From NCBI GenBank assembly GCA_963848965.1, contig CAWKFG010000001.1, forward strand, positions 416,001-480,000: a stretch of DNA of 64,000 nucleotides, written 5' to 3'. Positions 29,309 through 39,398 of the stretch are shown in pieces (position 1 is the stretch's first letter; each line of letters starts with the position of its first letter). The notes below the pieces were generated by a model. That model ran no database searches, was not told where the DNA came from, and saw only the letters and a list, made by a program, of their open reading frames with translations. A program made the translations under genes and the position numbers. This stretch comes from an uncultured bacterium (GTDB taxonomy: Bacteria > Babelota > Babeliae > Babelales > Babelaceae).

Positions 29309-32300
29309 TCTTTCTTAGAAAAATCTAATTTGTTAAGATGATCTATTTGTTGTGTCGATAATCCCCATTCCTGCCATTGTTCTGAGTTTTTTAAAATAAA
29401 CGACCAGTGGTCTCCTGCTAAAGTAAAAACTTCGTTAGGATGACCAAAGTAGTATAGTGTCTTTTTTACTAACAGTCGGAATACAAGGAAATCATAAGGT
29501 GTTTGTATATGACGTAATTTTAAAACACATGTTTTATTTTCTGCATCCCTATATAATAATATTTTTGGGTTTTCTTCAACTATGCGTCCAATAGTATCTA
29601 TAGCCATTTTACTATTAGGAAACTCATTAAAATGCTCTAAAACAGTAAACAGTATTTGTTTATCTTGCCATAGAGCATGTCGATGTTGAAAAACAATTTC
29701 AGATCTATCGAAAAGCCATTGCCACCATGCTTTATATTCATCTTTTTGCATTTGCGATAAATTAAACGATGATATAAAGTATTCTAAAATAACGTATAAA
29801 GTTGTGCATAGCCTATCATTGAACCAAATTTTTGCTCTTTCGTCGAACCAAAGGTCTAAGTTTCGCTGCAAAATTGGATAACTATGACTAGCCTTTTGAG
29901 CTAAGTCAAGCAAGTAGCAATGCATTATAGTATTAAAATAAAACTTTTGCCATAGAGTAAGTTTGTTATAAAACTCTTCATTAAAGTATAAAAGATTTGG
30001 TTCAGTAAAACTTCTTTTGAAGTCTGGCCATGTTTGCAACCACTGCCTTTGATCTGAATTAAGAATAGAAACTATGAATTTTTGGTAGAAAGCAGGCCAG
30101 CGCTTTACCAAATTTTCTGAGATGCCATTTTTAGCATCCTCATGCAATTTTTCATTAAATCTTTCATAAGACCCCTCTTGGCTACAGGTAGTCTGTTCTT
30201 TTTGAAAGTTGGCTGCATAGCAATTAGCCTCATTAATAATATTTGCGGGTAAACCCTGCTCCTCTGCAATTTCAATACCAGAAAAATCACTCGATATACC
30301 TTTTTGCATCTTGAATTTATTTATGTCATTCCGTTTTGGCATCATATAGTAGCCAAAATTAGATACTTCTTTTTGTACTTGTTTAAGCTCATTGATAAAA
30401 TGTGTAGAAGTAATAGAGACATTATTTTTATAATTACTCAATACCTTTAATGTAGCCATTGCTAACGCAGCTCCATCTATTTTATTAGTACCGTTAAACA
30501 TTTCATCAAAAGCAATGAGAGAAAAATGAGAATCAGATGATTTTCTTGCATATTCTTCTAATCCTTTAACTCGTTTTGCATGAGCTTGATGTAAAGATAG
30601 TCCTTGAGCCTGACTATCAGTTACATTGAAGCATGTTGCTATAGAGCTAAAGGGATGTAATGTTAATCTATTAGCAGTCGCTATACCAAATGTTTGAGCT
30701 AAAATAATGTTAAAAAGAAGCGCTCTCATGAGTGTTGATTTACCTCCTGCATTTGCTCCTGTAATTACAAGCCCATTCTTATTTTCAGAATGATTGCCAA
30801 TTTCTACAGAGTTAGGTATCGGCTTTGCAATAAGAGGGTTATAAAAATCATTCAATACGATGAGGGGAGATTCGAAAATTGGCTGAGGAGGATACTCAGC
30901 ATAACAGATAGGTAATTTTTCTTTTACTGAGTTATTTATAAAGAGAGCTATCGACATATATGCTTCAAGTTCTGCTAAAGCAACCATTGCTTGTAATAAC
31001 GAATCTCTATGCTCAATGAGTTGATTATAAATGATTATAAGAGACGGCAAGTCAAATGCATCGCTTGTACTTTTAAACTCTCTGATTTTATTAATTAAAT
31101 TGCCGGTATTTAAAAAGGATAAGTTGTTAAGTTTTGGTAATAAGGGAAGGAGAGAATTAGCATACTGCTCAATTTTTTCCTTTATAGTGTACATATGCTC
31201 TAAATAGCTACATAACTTCTTTGTTTTCTTGCATAATGCGCTACTTAAATCGATATAGGGAGCAAATGCTCTTTCATCAGAGATGTTCTTTAGAACGGCA
31301 AATTTCTGCAGCAGTTGGATTTTACGGTTATCCTGAAAAACCATTGGTATATCACTTGTACTAGGTAAAAGTTTAAGATAACTTATTAGTTGATCCGGTA
31401 TACTTGTTATCTTAGCTGCTGCACTCGATGCAATAAGCAATGCTTTTGGTATATCATTTCCTAGCTGGCACAGCTTCTCCATATTCATATCTATCTTAAG
31501 ACCAAAAAGACTATTCAATTTTTTGAAAACGTTGTGGATAAGAAAACTTACTGTAGGAGGAACACACTCTGTTTCCCAAAAATTTTTCAGTGGTATCACT
31601 ATTCTTCTCACCCCTTGGTTAACCTTTTGCCCGATAGTCAATCGTATAGTCTGCTCCGCAGTACATATGTTAGCTACAACTGTATTATTATTATACCAGT
31701 CAGAGGCTTTCTTTAGAGCCTCTGATTCAAATTGTGTATCAACCAATTTTAGCCCCCTGATAGTTGATGCAAAAGAATCTTCATCAAAGAGTGTAAAAAA
31801 AATAGCTTCATGATTTGCTAAATTATCAAAATCTTTCTTTAATTCATATAACAAAGGACTTGTTTGAAGCTTATGAATACTAGTTTGTCTTGTCCTTAAA
31901 ACATTAGTATCTGCGGATGGGGTGGCGAGAATGCTATAAAGATAGGCTTTTCCTAATTCAGTACTTGTATAATCAATAGTTGCAGCATAGTTTAAATGGG
32001 GTTTGTCTTTAGGTCCATAAAAGAGTTCTAAATCTATGCAAGACCAAAGATCAAGAACGCCGCTGGTAAAATTTTTTTTAGCTAATAATTCAAAAGCTTG
32101 TCTTCTTTTTTTACTGGGCAATGGATTAAGTTGTGCACAAAGTGATCGAGAATAAGAACCGTCAATTTCTTCTTCATTGAGTTTGCCTTCTGCTTTCTTC
32201 TTTTCTTTTTCAGCGCGTAAAGCTTGTTCTTGTTTTAAATGATTGTCATCTTTTTCTTTTAACGATAGGCAGTTTTGCTTAGCTATTTCTTCATAAAATT

Positions 32301-32358
32301 CTTGGCCATACAACAACGTTTGAAAACTGAGCATAAGAAAGAAAAAGTACTTTTTCAT
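29305..32358 (-). CDS. Secreted MutS-related ATPase (MutS domain V) with long C-terminal extension
   Basis: ITGANAGGKST, ILAQTFGIA, FDEMFNGTN, STHF, GIS...GIEIA...GLP; N-terminal signal peptide; no mismatch-binding domain I seen. Confidence 0.85.
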   Translation of the reverse strand: MKKYFFFLMLSFQTLLYGQEFYEEIAKQNCLSLKEKDDNHLKQEQALRAEKEKKKAEGKLNEEEIDGSYSRSLCAQLNPLPSKKRRQAFELLAKKNFTSGVLDLWSCIDLELFYGPKDKPHLNYAATIDYTSTELGKAYLYSILATPSADTNVLRTRQTSIHKLQTSPLLYELKKDFDNLANHEAIFFTLFDEDSFASTIRGLKLVDTQFESEALKKASDWYNNNTVVANICTAEQTIRLTIGQKVNQGVRRIVIPLKNFWETECVPPTVSFLIHNVFKKLNSLFGLKIDMNMEKLCQLGNDIPKALLIASSAAAKITSIPDQLISYLKLLPSTSDIPMVFQDNRKIQLLQKFAVLKNISDERAFAPYIDLSSALCKKTKKLCSYLEHMYTIKEKIEQYANSLLPLLPKLNNLSFLNTGNLINKIREFKSTSDAFDLPSLIIIYNQLIEHRDSLLQAMVALAELEAYMSIALFINNSVKEKLPICYAEYPPQPIFESPLIVLNDFYNPLIAKPIPNSVEIGNHSENKNGLVITGANAGGKSTLMRALLFNIILAQTFGIATANRLTLHPFSSIATCFNVTDSQAQGLSLHQAHAKRVKGLEEYARKSSDSHFSLIAFDEMFNGTNKIDGAALAMATLKVLSNYKNNVSITSTHFINELKQVQKEVSNFGYYMMPKRNDINKFKMQKGISSDFSGIEIAEEQGLPANIINEANCYAANFQKEQTTCSQEGSYERFNEKLHEDAKNGISENLVKRWPAFYQKFIVSILNSDQRQWLQTWPDFKRSFTEPNLLYFNEEFYNKLTLWQKFYFNTIMHCYLLDLAQKASHSYPILQRNLDLWFDERAKIWFNDRLCTTLYVILEYFISSFNLSQMQKDEYKAWWQWLFDRSEIVFQHRHALWQDKQILFTVLEHFNEFPNSKMAIDTIGRIVEENPKILLYRDAENKTCVLKLRHIQTPYDFLVFRLLVKKTLYYFGHPNEVFTLAGDHWSFILKNSEQWQEWGLSTQQIDHLNKLDFSKKD

Positions 32359-32460
32359 TAAAAACTCCGTAAGCGCGGAAACTGGGCCTTTTAAGGGGCG
32401 CTAGTTGACAGTATCCTTAGTAAGAGTCGACATTAAATACTATAAAAATCTTTTAGTTAT

Positions 32461-32619
32461 CTAGACCTTTTTGGCCCATTTAGGAAAGGCATTTGGTCGG
32501 GCAAGCTCTGTAAATGTTCGATCGGGTGGGCCTAAAGTAAGCAAAACAGCACGACCTAGCCCTTTAATGGCCATTTTTTTGTTTATGCTTTTTTTATTCT
32601 GGTTTTCTGTATTTAGCAT
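32461..32619 (-). CDS. Putative lasso peptide precursor (copy 2; not in ORF track)
   Basis: AAGAGG RBS; MLNTENQNKKSINKKMAIKGLGRAVLLTL|GPPDRTFTELARPNAFPKWAKKV*; promoter-like TTGACA-16 bp-TACAAT at 32733..32706. Confidence 0.7.
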   Translation of the reverse strand: MLNTENQNKKSINKKMAIKGLGRAVLLTLGPPDRTFTELARPNAFPKWAKKV

Positions 32620-32770
32620 AGTAACCTCTTTTGGTTAAAATTCAGAATCATCTTTAGTACTATTTTGAGCTATTTTGATTAGTAATTTATAACTTTTATT
32701 TTATGATTGTATAGCCATAAAAAATTCTGTCAACGACATAAAGTCTTTATCCTGCTATCCATTTACTTCC

Positions 32771-34012
32771 TTACTTTTTTAATGCTATGTAAAGCTCTTG
32801 TGTAGAGCTGTCGGTTAGTCTTTTTTGTTGTAACTGTGCTATAGTAGCAGGATACATATGCTCAATAAAGAGACATTTTATATCATTAGTGCTTGTATGA
32901 TGCTCGCAAGCATATACTAAACTTTTACTTAGAAGCGTAAGAAGATGCTTACAATCATGTAAGGTTTCCAAGAGATGTGGTTGAAGCGTTTGCATAAAGC
33001 ATGCTGCTATTGCCATCATTACTTCATCAAACCTTAGAGATAAGAGTTCTTCCTTCCAGTTGGCAAGGCATGAGCATGCTGGTTGATTAGATACATTGCA
33101 ATTTACACAGCAAGTATGCCCACCTTTTTTTGAACCAGCAGGAAACAAGAAGTTACCAGGACATTGTTTTCGTATCTCGTTAAATTGCGTAAACATTTTA
33201 ACATCTTCTCGTGCGCTTGCAATAGTATCAATGACAATTATAGGCACGGAGGTATTAGCTGGTAACTGCATTGAGTCAATGGGCACAATCGAATTATCTT
33301 GCACCCAAAAAGTTATAACAGTTGTAGCATGATTACATATATGTTTAGCTCTTAGCACTACAGGTATGTTGTAGAGCTTATTGAGTGTAAGAAATAGAAG
33401 AACTCCAGGCAATTTAGGGTAAACAGTAATTTCTTCTTGGCTGCCTATTTGATCAGCTACCTTTTTGAGCTCTATAGCATCTGAATCAACATTTTCAAGT
33501 AAGGAACGTATATAGTGCATAGTCATATGTGCTAGTTCTTTTTTAGCTTGTAGAAGAAACTCTTCGTTGTTCCAAGAAAGAGTACTATTTTTAGAAATAA
33601 GCATCTGCACGCAATTTTTAGGTTTTACTATAGAGTTGCTTATCCCATTCGCAGTAGCTTTGAGTATATCTCTTATTCTGTATGCTAGATGAATTCTTTC
33701 TGGGTAAGAACTGAAAGCCGAGCACAGTAAAAGATTAAGCGCTAAATATCTTTTATTCTGTTCAAGAAGCGCATCATTCTTACTGATTAACCATTCTTGG
33801 TATATATGGCCTACAATAAGTGCATTGATGTGGCATTGATTGTTACCAGGCATACCATCAAAAAGATAAATATTGCCTTGTTTTATCTCATAGAGTGCTT
33901 GACGTTCTAGAAGAGTTAATACTGTATTCCATCGCTCTTCTACCATTGCTTGTAATAAAGTACTTATGCTCACAAGTACGATAAGTATCTTACTAATACT
34001 GTGTAATAACAT
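32771..34012 (-). CDS. Secreted Cys/His-rich hypothetical protein
   Basis: ...LQA|MVEE; GNNQCHINA; HTCCVNC..ACSC cluster. Confidence 0.75.
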   Translation of the reverse strand: MLLHSISKILIVLVSISTLLQAMVEERWNTVLTLLERQALYEIKQGNIYLFDGMPGNNQCHINALIVGHIYQEWLISKNDALLEQNKRYLALNLLLCSAFSSYPERIHLAYRIRDILKATANGISNSIVKPKNCVQMLISKNSTLSWNNEEFLLQAKKELAHMTMHYIRSLLENVDSDAIELKKVADQIGSQEEITVYPKLPGVLLFLTLNKLYNIPVVLRAKHICNHATTVITFWVQDNSIVPIDSMQLPANTSVPIIVIDTIASAREDVKMFTQFNEIRKQCPGNFLFPAGSKKGGHTCCVNCNVSNQPACSCLANWKEELLSLRFDEVMMAIAACFMQTLQPHLLETLHDCKHLLTLLSKSLVYACEHHTSTNDIKCLFIEHMYPATIAQLQQKRLTDSSTQELYIALKK

Positions 34013-34400
34013 GATAATCCTAAAATCAGATAGAAATTAATTAAAATAATGCGAATAATAGTCCTTAAAACTTTCAAAGGACGTACTTATGGCGTTATTT
34101 AAAAAAAGATTGTTCTAAAATAAAGTGTATGGATAGTGTTAAAAATTGAAAAGATAATAGAAAGGTCGGTAAAAAGAAGAGAAAAGAAGCAAAGATATAA
34201 ATAAGTTTGTTGATCGACTCGTTATAGGTATAGATATGGGTATCATAGTATACTCCTTAGGATATGTTAAAAATAATTCAATTTAATAATAGCAAAAGAT
34301 ATAATAAAATCAACAAGGGTTCTTATCTGCAACTTTGACTAAAGATAGAGAAAAACATACAATTAGTAATTGTAAACCTGCAAGTATAAGGAGATATCTT

Positions 34401-36296
34401 TTGAAATTATTATTACTAGCTTTTACTTTTTCTGCTCTAAGCTTGTTTGGTATGGATACAAATGAGCGTAAGTTACTTACTCCTGAAGAGCAGTCTCTTT
34501 TAAATGCTCAATTAATTAATGAGATAGAATATTCTAATGCAAAGCTTACAAAAGTTGATGAATTGTTAAAACGTGGAGCTAATGTTAATGCTCGAGGAGT
34601 TAATAGAGCAATAACTGAAGGATGGACCGTTTTAATGTATGCTGTATATAAAGGCAACGAAGATATAGTTAAGTTACTAGTGGGGCATGGAGCAGACGTT
34701 AATGGTAAAGATACTACTTTTAAGGCCACTGTCTTAATGCATGCTATAGAAGGAAGAAATGTGGCACTAGTAAACTTACTGCTAGAGCTTGGAGCAGATA
34801 TTCATACTCTTGATAAGAGAAATAGCACCGTATTAATGTATGCTCTCTATGAGGGCAATGAAGCTATAATTAACCGACTGCTGGAACTTGGTGTTGATGT
34901 GAATGCACGAGCAGATGATAGTTATTTTGGTCGTGGTGATACAGCACTCCTCATTGCAGCAAAAAGAGGTAATGTTGCTGCCTTAACCAAGCTTGTAAGT
35001 CGTGGTGCTGACATTAATGCTAAAAATTGGCTTGGACAGACAGCCCTCATGTGTGAATTGCAATCAGGAAAAAACAAAGAAATGATTGATAGACTGCTAG
35101 AATTAAAAGCAGATATTCATGCTTGTGATGATAAGAAGCAAACTGTAATAATGTATGCGGCACAGGCAGGAGATGAAGAAATCTTTAAGAAACTTATAGA
35201 GCTTAAGGCTGATGTATATGCTCAAGATAATGGTGAGCGTTTACTACAGTATGCTGTAGAAGGAGGGAATTTAGCTATAGTTAATACTTTAGTAGATTTA
35301 AACTGTAGTATTACCCCAGGCCTCTTAGGAACTGCTGCATATTATGGACGTATACATTTACTAGATAGGTTACTAGAATTGGGCCAGGACATTCATGCTT
35401 GTGGTACTTTAGACAAAACAGTATTAATGTATGCAGTACATGGTAAAAGTCTGGCTTTTGTTAATAGACTCATAGAGCTTGGAGCTGATATCCACGCTAA
35501 AACATATTATGATGGTACAGTTTTAATGCAGGCAGCAGAAGTAGGAAGCGAAGAGATTTTTAATAGGCTATTAGATCTTGGTGTTGATAGTACTCATAAA
35601 GGTGCTTTCGATAAGACTTTATTATCGTGTGCTCTAAAAGGTAGAAAACTAGCTATTATTAATAAAGTAATGCAACTTACTAATACCTTTGCAGTAACAG
35701 CTCAAGAAAAAGAACAGATAATAGCTATTATTGGCCGAAAACTTGATAAAGAGTTTGGACCTTCAGACCTCAAGTTAGTTTGTACTGAGCATCATCAGAA
35801 GTATAAAGCTAACCTACAAGGCTATTTTTATAGAGATAAGTCGACAAAGCGAACATTTCTTACAATTGCTTCTATAATAGGATGTACAAAGAGTATGAAA
35901 ACTATATTAGATACTAATCCTCCTTGCTGGTATGTACAAGCACAAGATTATCTTGGAAGAACTGCTTTAATGTATGCTTATAACAAAGGAGATAAAGACT
36001 GTATAAGAATGCTTATTTCCTCTATTAGAGATGCTATTACAAGAGAGCCTGAATGGGCTGCTGTATGGAAGCGCTCTATGAACCTGAAAGATAAAGATGG
36101 TTTAACTTTACTTGATTATGCTTTAGACCGAGGTGATCTAGAATTTGCACGTGAATTTATTGGTCTAGGATGTAAATGCTTAGCAAGACATCTGCAGAAA
36201 GCTGATTCTATAGGATACAAAGCTATTGTCGCTCTATTATCTGCTGCGGGTAAAATTGTAGACCATACAGGAAAATCGCATTCTCTTTTTAAGTAA
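34401..36296 (+). CDS. Large secreted ankyrin repeat protein
   Basis: TTG start at 34401 after AGGAG; ...LFG|MDT; more than 10 TVLMYA..G...LLELGADIHA repeats. Confidence 0.92.
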   Translation: MKLLLLAFTFSALSLFGMDTNERKLLTPEEQSLLNAQLINEIEYSNAKLTKVDELLKRGANVNARGVNRAITEGWTVLMYAVYKGNEDIVKLLVGHGADVNGKDTTFKATVLMHAIEGRNVALVNLLLELGADIHTLDKRNSTVLMYALYEGNEAIINRLLELGVDVNARADDSYFGRGDTALLIAAKRGNVAALTKLVSRGADINAKNWLGQTALMCELQSGKNKEMIDRLLELKADIHACDDKKQTVIMYAAQAGDEEIFKKLIELKADVYAQDNGERLLQYAVEGGNLAIVNTLVDLNCSITPGLLGTAAYYGRIHLLDRLLELGQDIHACGTLDKTVLMYAVHGKSLAFVNRLIELGADIHAKTYYDGTVLMQAAEVGSEEIFNRLLDLGVDSTHKGAFDKTLLSCALKGRKLAIINKVMQLTNTFAVTAQEKEQIIAIIGRKLDKEFGPSDLKLVCTEHHQKYKANLQGYFYRDKSTKRTFLTIASIIGCTKSMKTILDTNPPCWYVQAQDYLGRTALMYAYNKGDKDCIRMLISSIRDAITREPEWAAVWKRSMNLKDKDGLTLLDYALDRGDLEFAREFIGLGCKCLARHLQKADSIGYKAIVALLSAAGKIVDHTGKSHSLFK

Positions 36297-36430
36297 AAAT
36301 AATAGTCTTCTAAAGCAAGAAATTTTGGAGCAAAGATGCCTTTCTTGTACCAAATGTTAAGTGGACTTGACATTTGGTGTCACTAAATGTTAAATTGAGT
36401 TTGCATTTAGTAGCGCATGGTAGGAAAAAT

Positions 36431-37612
36431 ATGGTAGTAATTCGTTCTTTTTGGCAAGAACTTATAGAAAGAGCATGGCTCAAGAAAAGTATTATTTGGC
36501 TTATGGGGGTTAGAAGAATAGGTAAAACAAGCCTTTGTCAAAGCCTTCCAAATATAGAATATTTTGATTGTGAGAGTCCTCGTGTACGCCAGTTGTTTAT
36601 TGATCCAGAGGGATTTTTAGCAGGTAAAAGAAATAGACGTATTGTTCTTGATGAGATTCATCGTCTTGATAATCCATCTGAAATTTTAAAACTAGCAGCC
36701 GATCATTACCCAGACATAAAAGTGATTGCTACTGGCTCATCAACATTGGGAGCAAGTGCTAAGTTTAAAGATACATTAACAGGGCGTAAAAAAGAAATTT
36801 GGCTGACACCTCTCTTATTAGAAGAAATGACTAGTTTTGGCAATGAAGATCTGCGACACAGACTTTTGCTTGGGGGACTTCCTTCTTTTTTTGCCCAAGA
36901 TGAATTAATAGAAGAAGATTATCGAGAATGGCTCGATGCCTACTGGGCAAAAGATATACAGGAGTTATTTAGAGTGGGAAAACGATACTCATTTCAAAAA
37001 TTTGCAGATCTTTTGTTAGCTAATAGTGGAGGACTATTTGAAGCAACTAAATATGCTGCATTATGTGAAGTTACCAGACATACAATTGCTAATTATTTAG
37101 ATGTTCTTGAAGAGACCTTTATTGTGAATGTTGTACGGCCTTATTCAACGCACAAACCAACCGAAATTGTTATGGCTCCTAAAGTTTATGGTTTTGATAC
37201 GGGGTTTGTTGCTTATGCTAAAGGTTGGCACGAACTAAGGCAAGAGGATACTGGGCTGTTGTGGGAGCAGTGCGTCTTGAATGAGATAAATGCACACTTA
37301 CAGTCACGCGCTACACATTATTGGAGAGATAAGCGTGGTCATGAGGTTGACTTTGTACTATATAATAAAAAGAATAATTCGCTTACAGCTATAGAATGCA
37401 AATTTAATAGTTTGCAAGTAGATTCAAGTAAATCTGCAATAACTGCTCTTGTAAATAATATTGGAGCATTACGTTATCATTATCCTAAGGGAAAGAATTT
37501 TATTGTAGCAAGTGATATTGATACCTCTTTTGAAAGAAATTATTCTGGTTTAGATGTATCTTTTGTAAATACGAAAGATCTTATTAGAAACATTTTGGAG
37601 ATTGCATCGTAG
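36431..37612 (+). CDS. AAA_14 / DUF4143 ATP-binding protein
   Basis: GVRRIGKT, VLDEIH, ATGSS, DTLTGR, PKVYGFDTG, YWRDKRGHEVDFV..IECK. Confidence 0.92.
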   Translation: MVVIRSFWQELIERAWLKKSIIWLMGVRRIGKTSLCQSLPNIEYFDCESPRVRQLFIDPEGFLAGKRNRRIVLDEIHRLDNPSEILKLAADHYPDIKVIATGSSTLGASAKFKDTLTGRKKEIWLTPLLLEEMTSFGNEDLRHRLLLGGLPSFFAQDELIEEDYREWLDAYWAKDIQELFRVGKRYSFQKFADLLLANSGGLFEATKYAALCEVTRHTIANYLDVLEETFIVNVVRPYSTHKPTEIVMAPKVYGFDTGFVAYAKGWHELRQEDTGLLWEQCVLNEINAHLQSRATHYWRDKRGHEVDFVLYNKKNNSLTAIECKFNSLQVDSSKSAITALVNNIGALRYHYPKGKNFIVASDIDTSFERNYSGLDVSFVNTKDLIRNILEIAS

Positions 37613-37694
37613 TGTTGTTGATGCGATACTTCTTTCCTGACTTTTTCATTTATTCAATTTTGAAGAAGAGCTTTTTCAAATAGGAAGATTTTAT

Positions 37695-38402
37695 ATGGCT
37701 ACATTTTTACTCATTCACGGTGCTTTTTATGGTGGTTGGTGTTGGAAAAAAGTAAAAACAATTTTAGAAAGTAAGGGTCATAGCGTATATACTCCTACAC
37801 TATCTGGGCTAGGAGAACGCGCTCACTTAAATCATCCTTTAATTGTTGATACGCATATTCAAGACATTAAAAATGTTATTCTCTTTGAAGATTTACATGA
37901 TATTATTATAGTTGGTCATAGCTATGGAGGTTTGATAATAACTGGAATAGCATCCCTTATTCCAGAAAGAATTAAACAGCTGATATATCTTGATGCATTA
38001 GTGCCAAATGACGGTGATTCGTTATTAAATCTTGTTGATTCTGAAACAGCGCAGTTTTTTGTATCCCAAGCGCAAGAAAAAGGATTTGGCTGGTTAGTTC
38101 CTCCTCTAGTAATCACTGAAGATTATTTTGTTGATCCAGTAGATGTGAAATGGGTCAGCTCTCGCGTTATGCCTCAAACATTATTGAGTTTTTCTCAAGG
38201 AGTTACTTTTTCTGAAAAAGAATTGAGCCGGATTCCATCTTTTTTTATTCTTTGTAATCAAAATCCTCATCCAACGTTACCAAAGATGAAAGAAAGGGCT
38301 CAGTACAGGGGATGGGAATGTTTTGATATAAGCAGTAACCATTTTCCTATGATTGACTATCCAGAAAAGCTAAGCAATTTGTTAGTAAAAATTGCCCTCT
38401 AA
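37695..38402 (+). CDS. Alpha/beta hydrolase (esterase)
   Basis: LIHGAFYGGWCW, GHSYGG nucleophile elbow, NHFPM. Confidence 0.92.
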   Translation: MATFLLIHGAFYGGWCWKKVKTILESKGHSVYTPTLSGLGERAHLNHPLIVDTHIQDIKNVILFEDLHDIIIVGHSYGGLIITGIASLIPERIKQLIYLDALVPNDGDSLLNLVDSETAQFFVSQAQEKGFGWLVPPLVITEDYFVDPVDVKWVSSRVMPQTLLSFSQGVTFSEKELSRIPSFFILCNQNPHPTLPKMKERAQYRGWECFDISSNHFPMIDYPEKLSNLLVKIAL

Positions 38403-38454
38403 AGTATGGTGTTCTTCAATCGATTTGTGTTCCTGAAAGCTGAGAGGAGGTATA

Positions 38455-39267
38455 ATGCTAATAAAGTATTTTATAGTACTAGTTGTATATGTAACAAGTG
38501 CTCAAGTTATATGGTGTAATGATAACAAGAACAATTCTTCTGAGGATATAATAAAGCCTGCATTTGCTTTGCCAAAAATTATTTTTCGTGCCCAAACAAA
38601 GGAAGAAGCATTCAGTTTTGTTTTATATCTAAGTAAAAAGCTGCCTTGGTTTAAACAAAATGGATATAAAATACCTTTGCCTCAACACATAGCTTTTCAG
38701 AACCTCTATGAGCAAGGCCTCGTTGCTCAAGATGAGGAAATGAGATTGAGAGATATCTTTTATGATGAAATTTATACTGTTTCTGATTTTACAAAGGGGT
38801 TACGAATAACCTCTTCTATGGAAAACGCTATAAGCTGTCTTTTTGAACGACTTTACCCCTTGCATCGAAATTGGGGCTTTAAGTTGATGTCTTGCTATGA
38901 AATAATCTTAACGCTTTATGGTCCCGGTGGAAATTATTGGCCTCGTAAAGGCTATGTGATAGTAAGAGTTGATAAAAATGGCTCTTTTGGTAAAAAGTCT
39001 GTACTTGAATCAGTTATTCATGAACTTGTTCATATAGGTATAGAAGAAACTATTGTTGAAAAGTTTAGGCTTACTCATTGGGAAAAAGAGCGCTTAGTAG
39101 ATCTTATATGCGTTACCTGTTTTAAAGATGTAGTTCCAAACTATTGGATGCAAAAGATAGAAGATACCAAAATTGATATTTTTGCTACTCAAGATGCTAT
39201 TGAAAAGAACTTGCCAGAAGCAATTGAGAAGTTTGTTGAATCAAAATCTTCTGCAGTGAGTAAATGA
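38455..39267 (+). CDS. Secreted protein with HExxH zinc-protease-like motif
   Basis: Signal peptide; YGPGGNY; VIHELVHIGIE...KERLVD. Confidence 0.7.
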   Translation: MLIKYFIVLVVYVTSAQVIWCNDNKNNSSEDIIKPAFALPKIIFRAQTKEEAFSFVLYLSKKLPWFKQNGYKIPLPQHIAFQNLYEQGLVAQDEEMRLRDIFYDEIYTVSDFTKGLRITSSMENAISCLFERLYPLHRNWGFKLMSCYEIILTLYGPGGNYWPRKGYVIVRVDKNGSFGKKSVLESVIHELVHIGIEETIVEKFRLTHWEKERLVDLICVTCFKDVVPNYWMQKIEDTKIDIFATQDAIEKNLPEAIEKFVESKSSAVSK

Positions 39268-39398
39268 TAATTCTTAACAAAAATGCTCAAAAGTAGGGTA
39301 TGCTCTTAGTAAGAGTAATGAGAATTTGCTTTTACTAAGCATTATGATAATATTAATGAATAATTGTATAATAATTTATTTGCCGATATGAGTTTTTT

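Noticed and set aside
31533..31541. DnaA box TGTGGATAA
   Set aside because: Single copy inside the MutS-like CDS, far from dnaA; expected by chance
26963..37612. Two AAA_14/DUF4143 ATPases as a possible defence system
   Set aside because: A widespread, often multicopy family; the two genes are 8 kb apart with no partner genes
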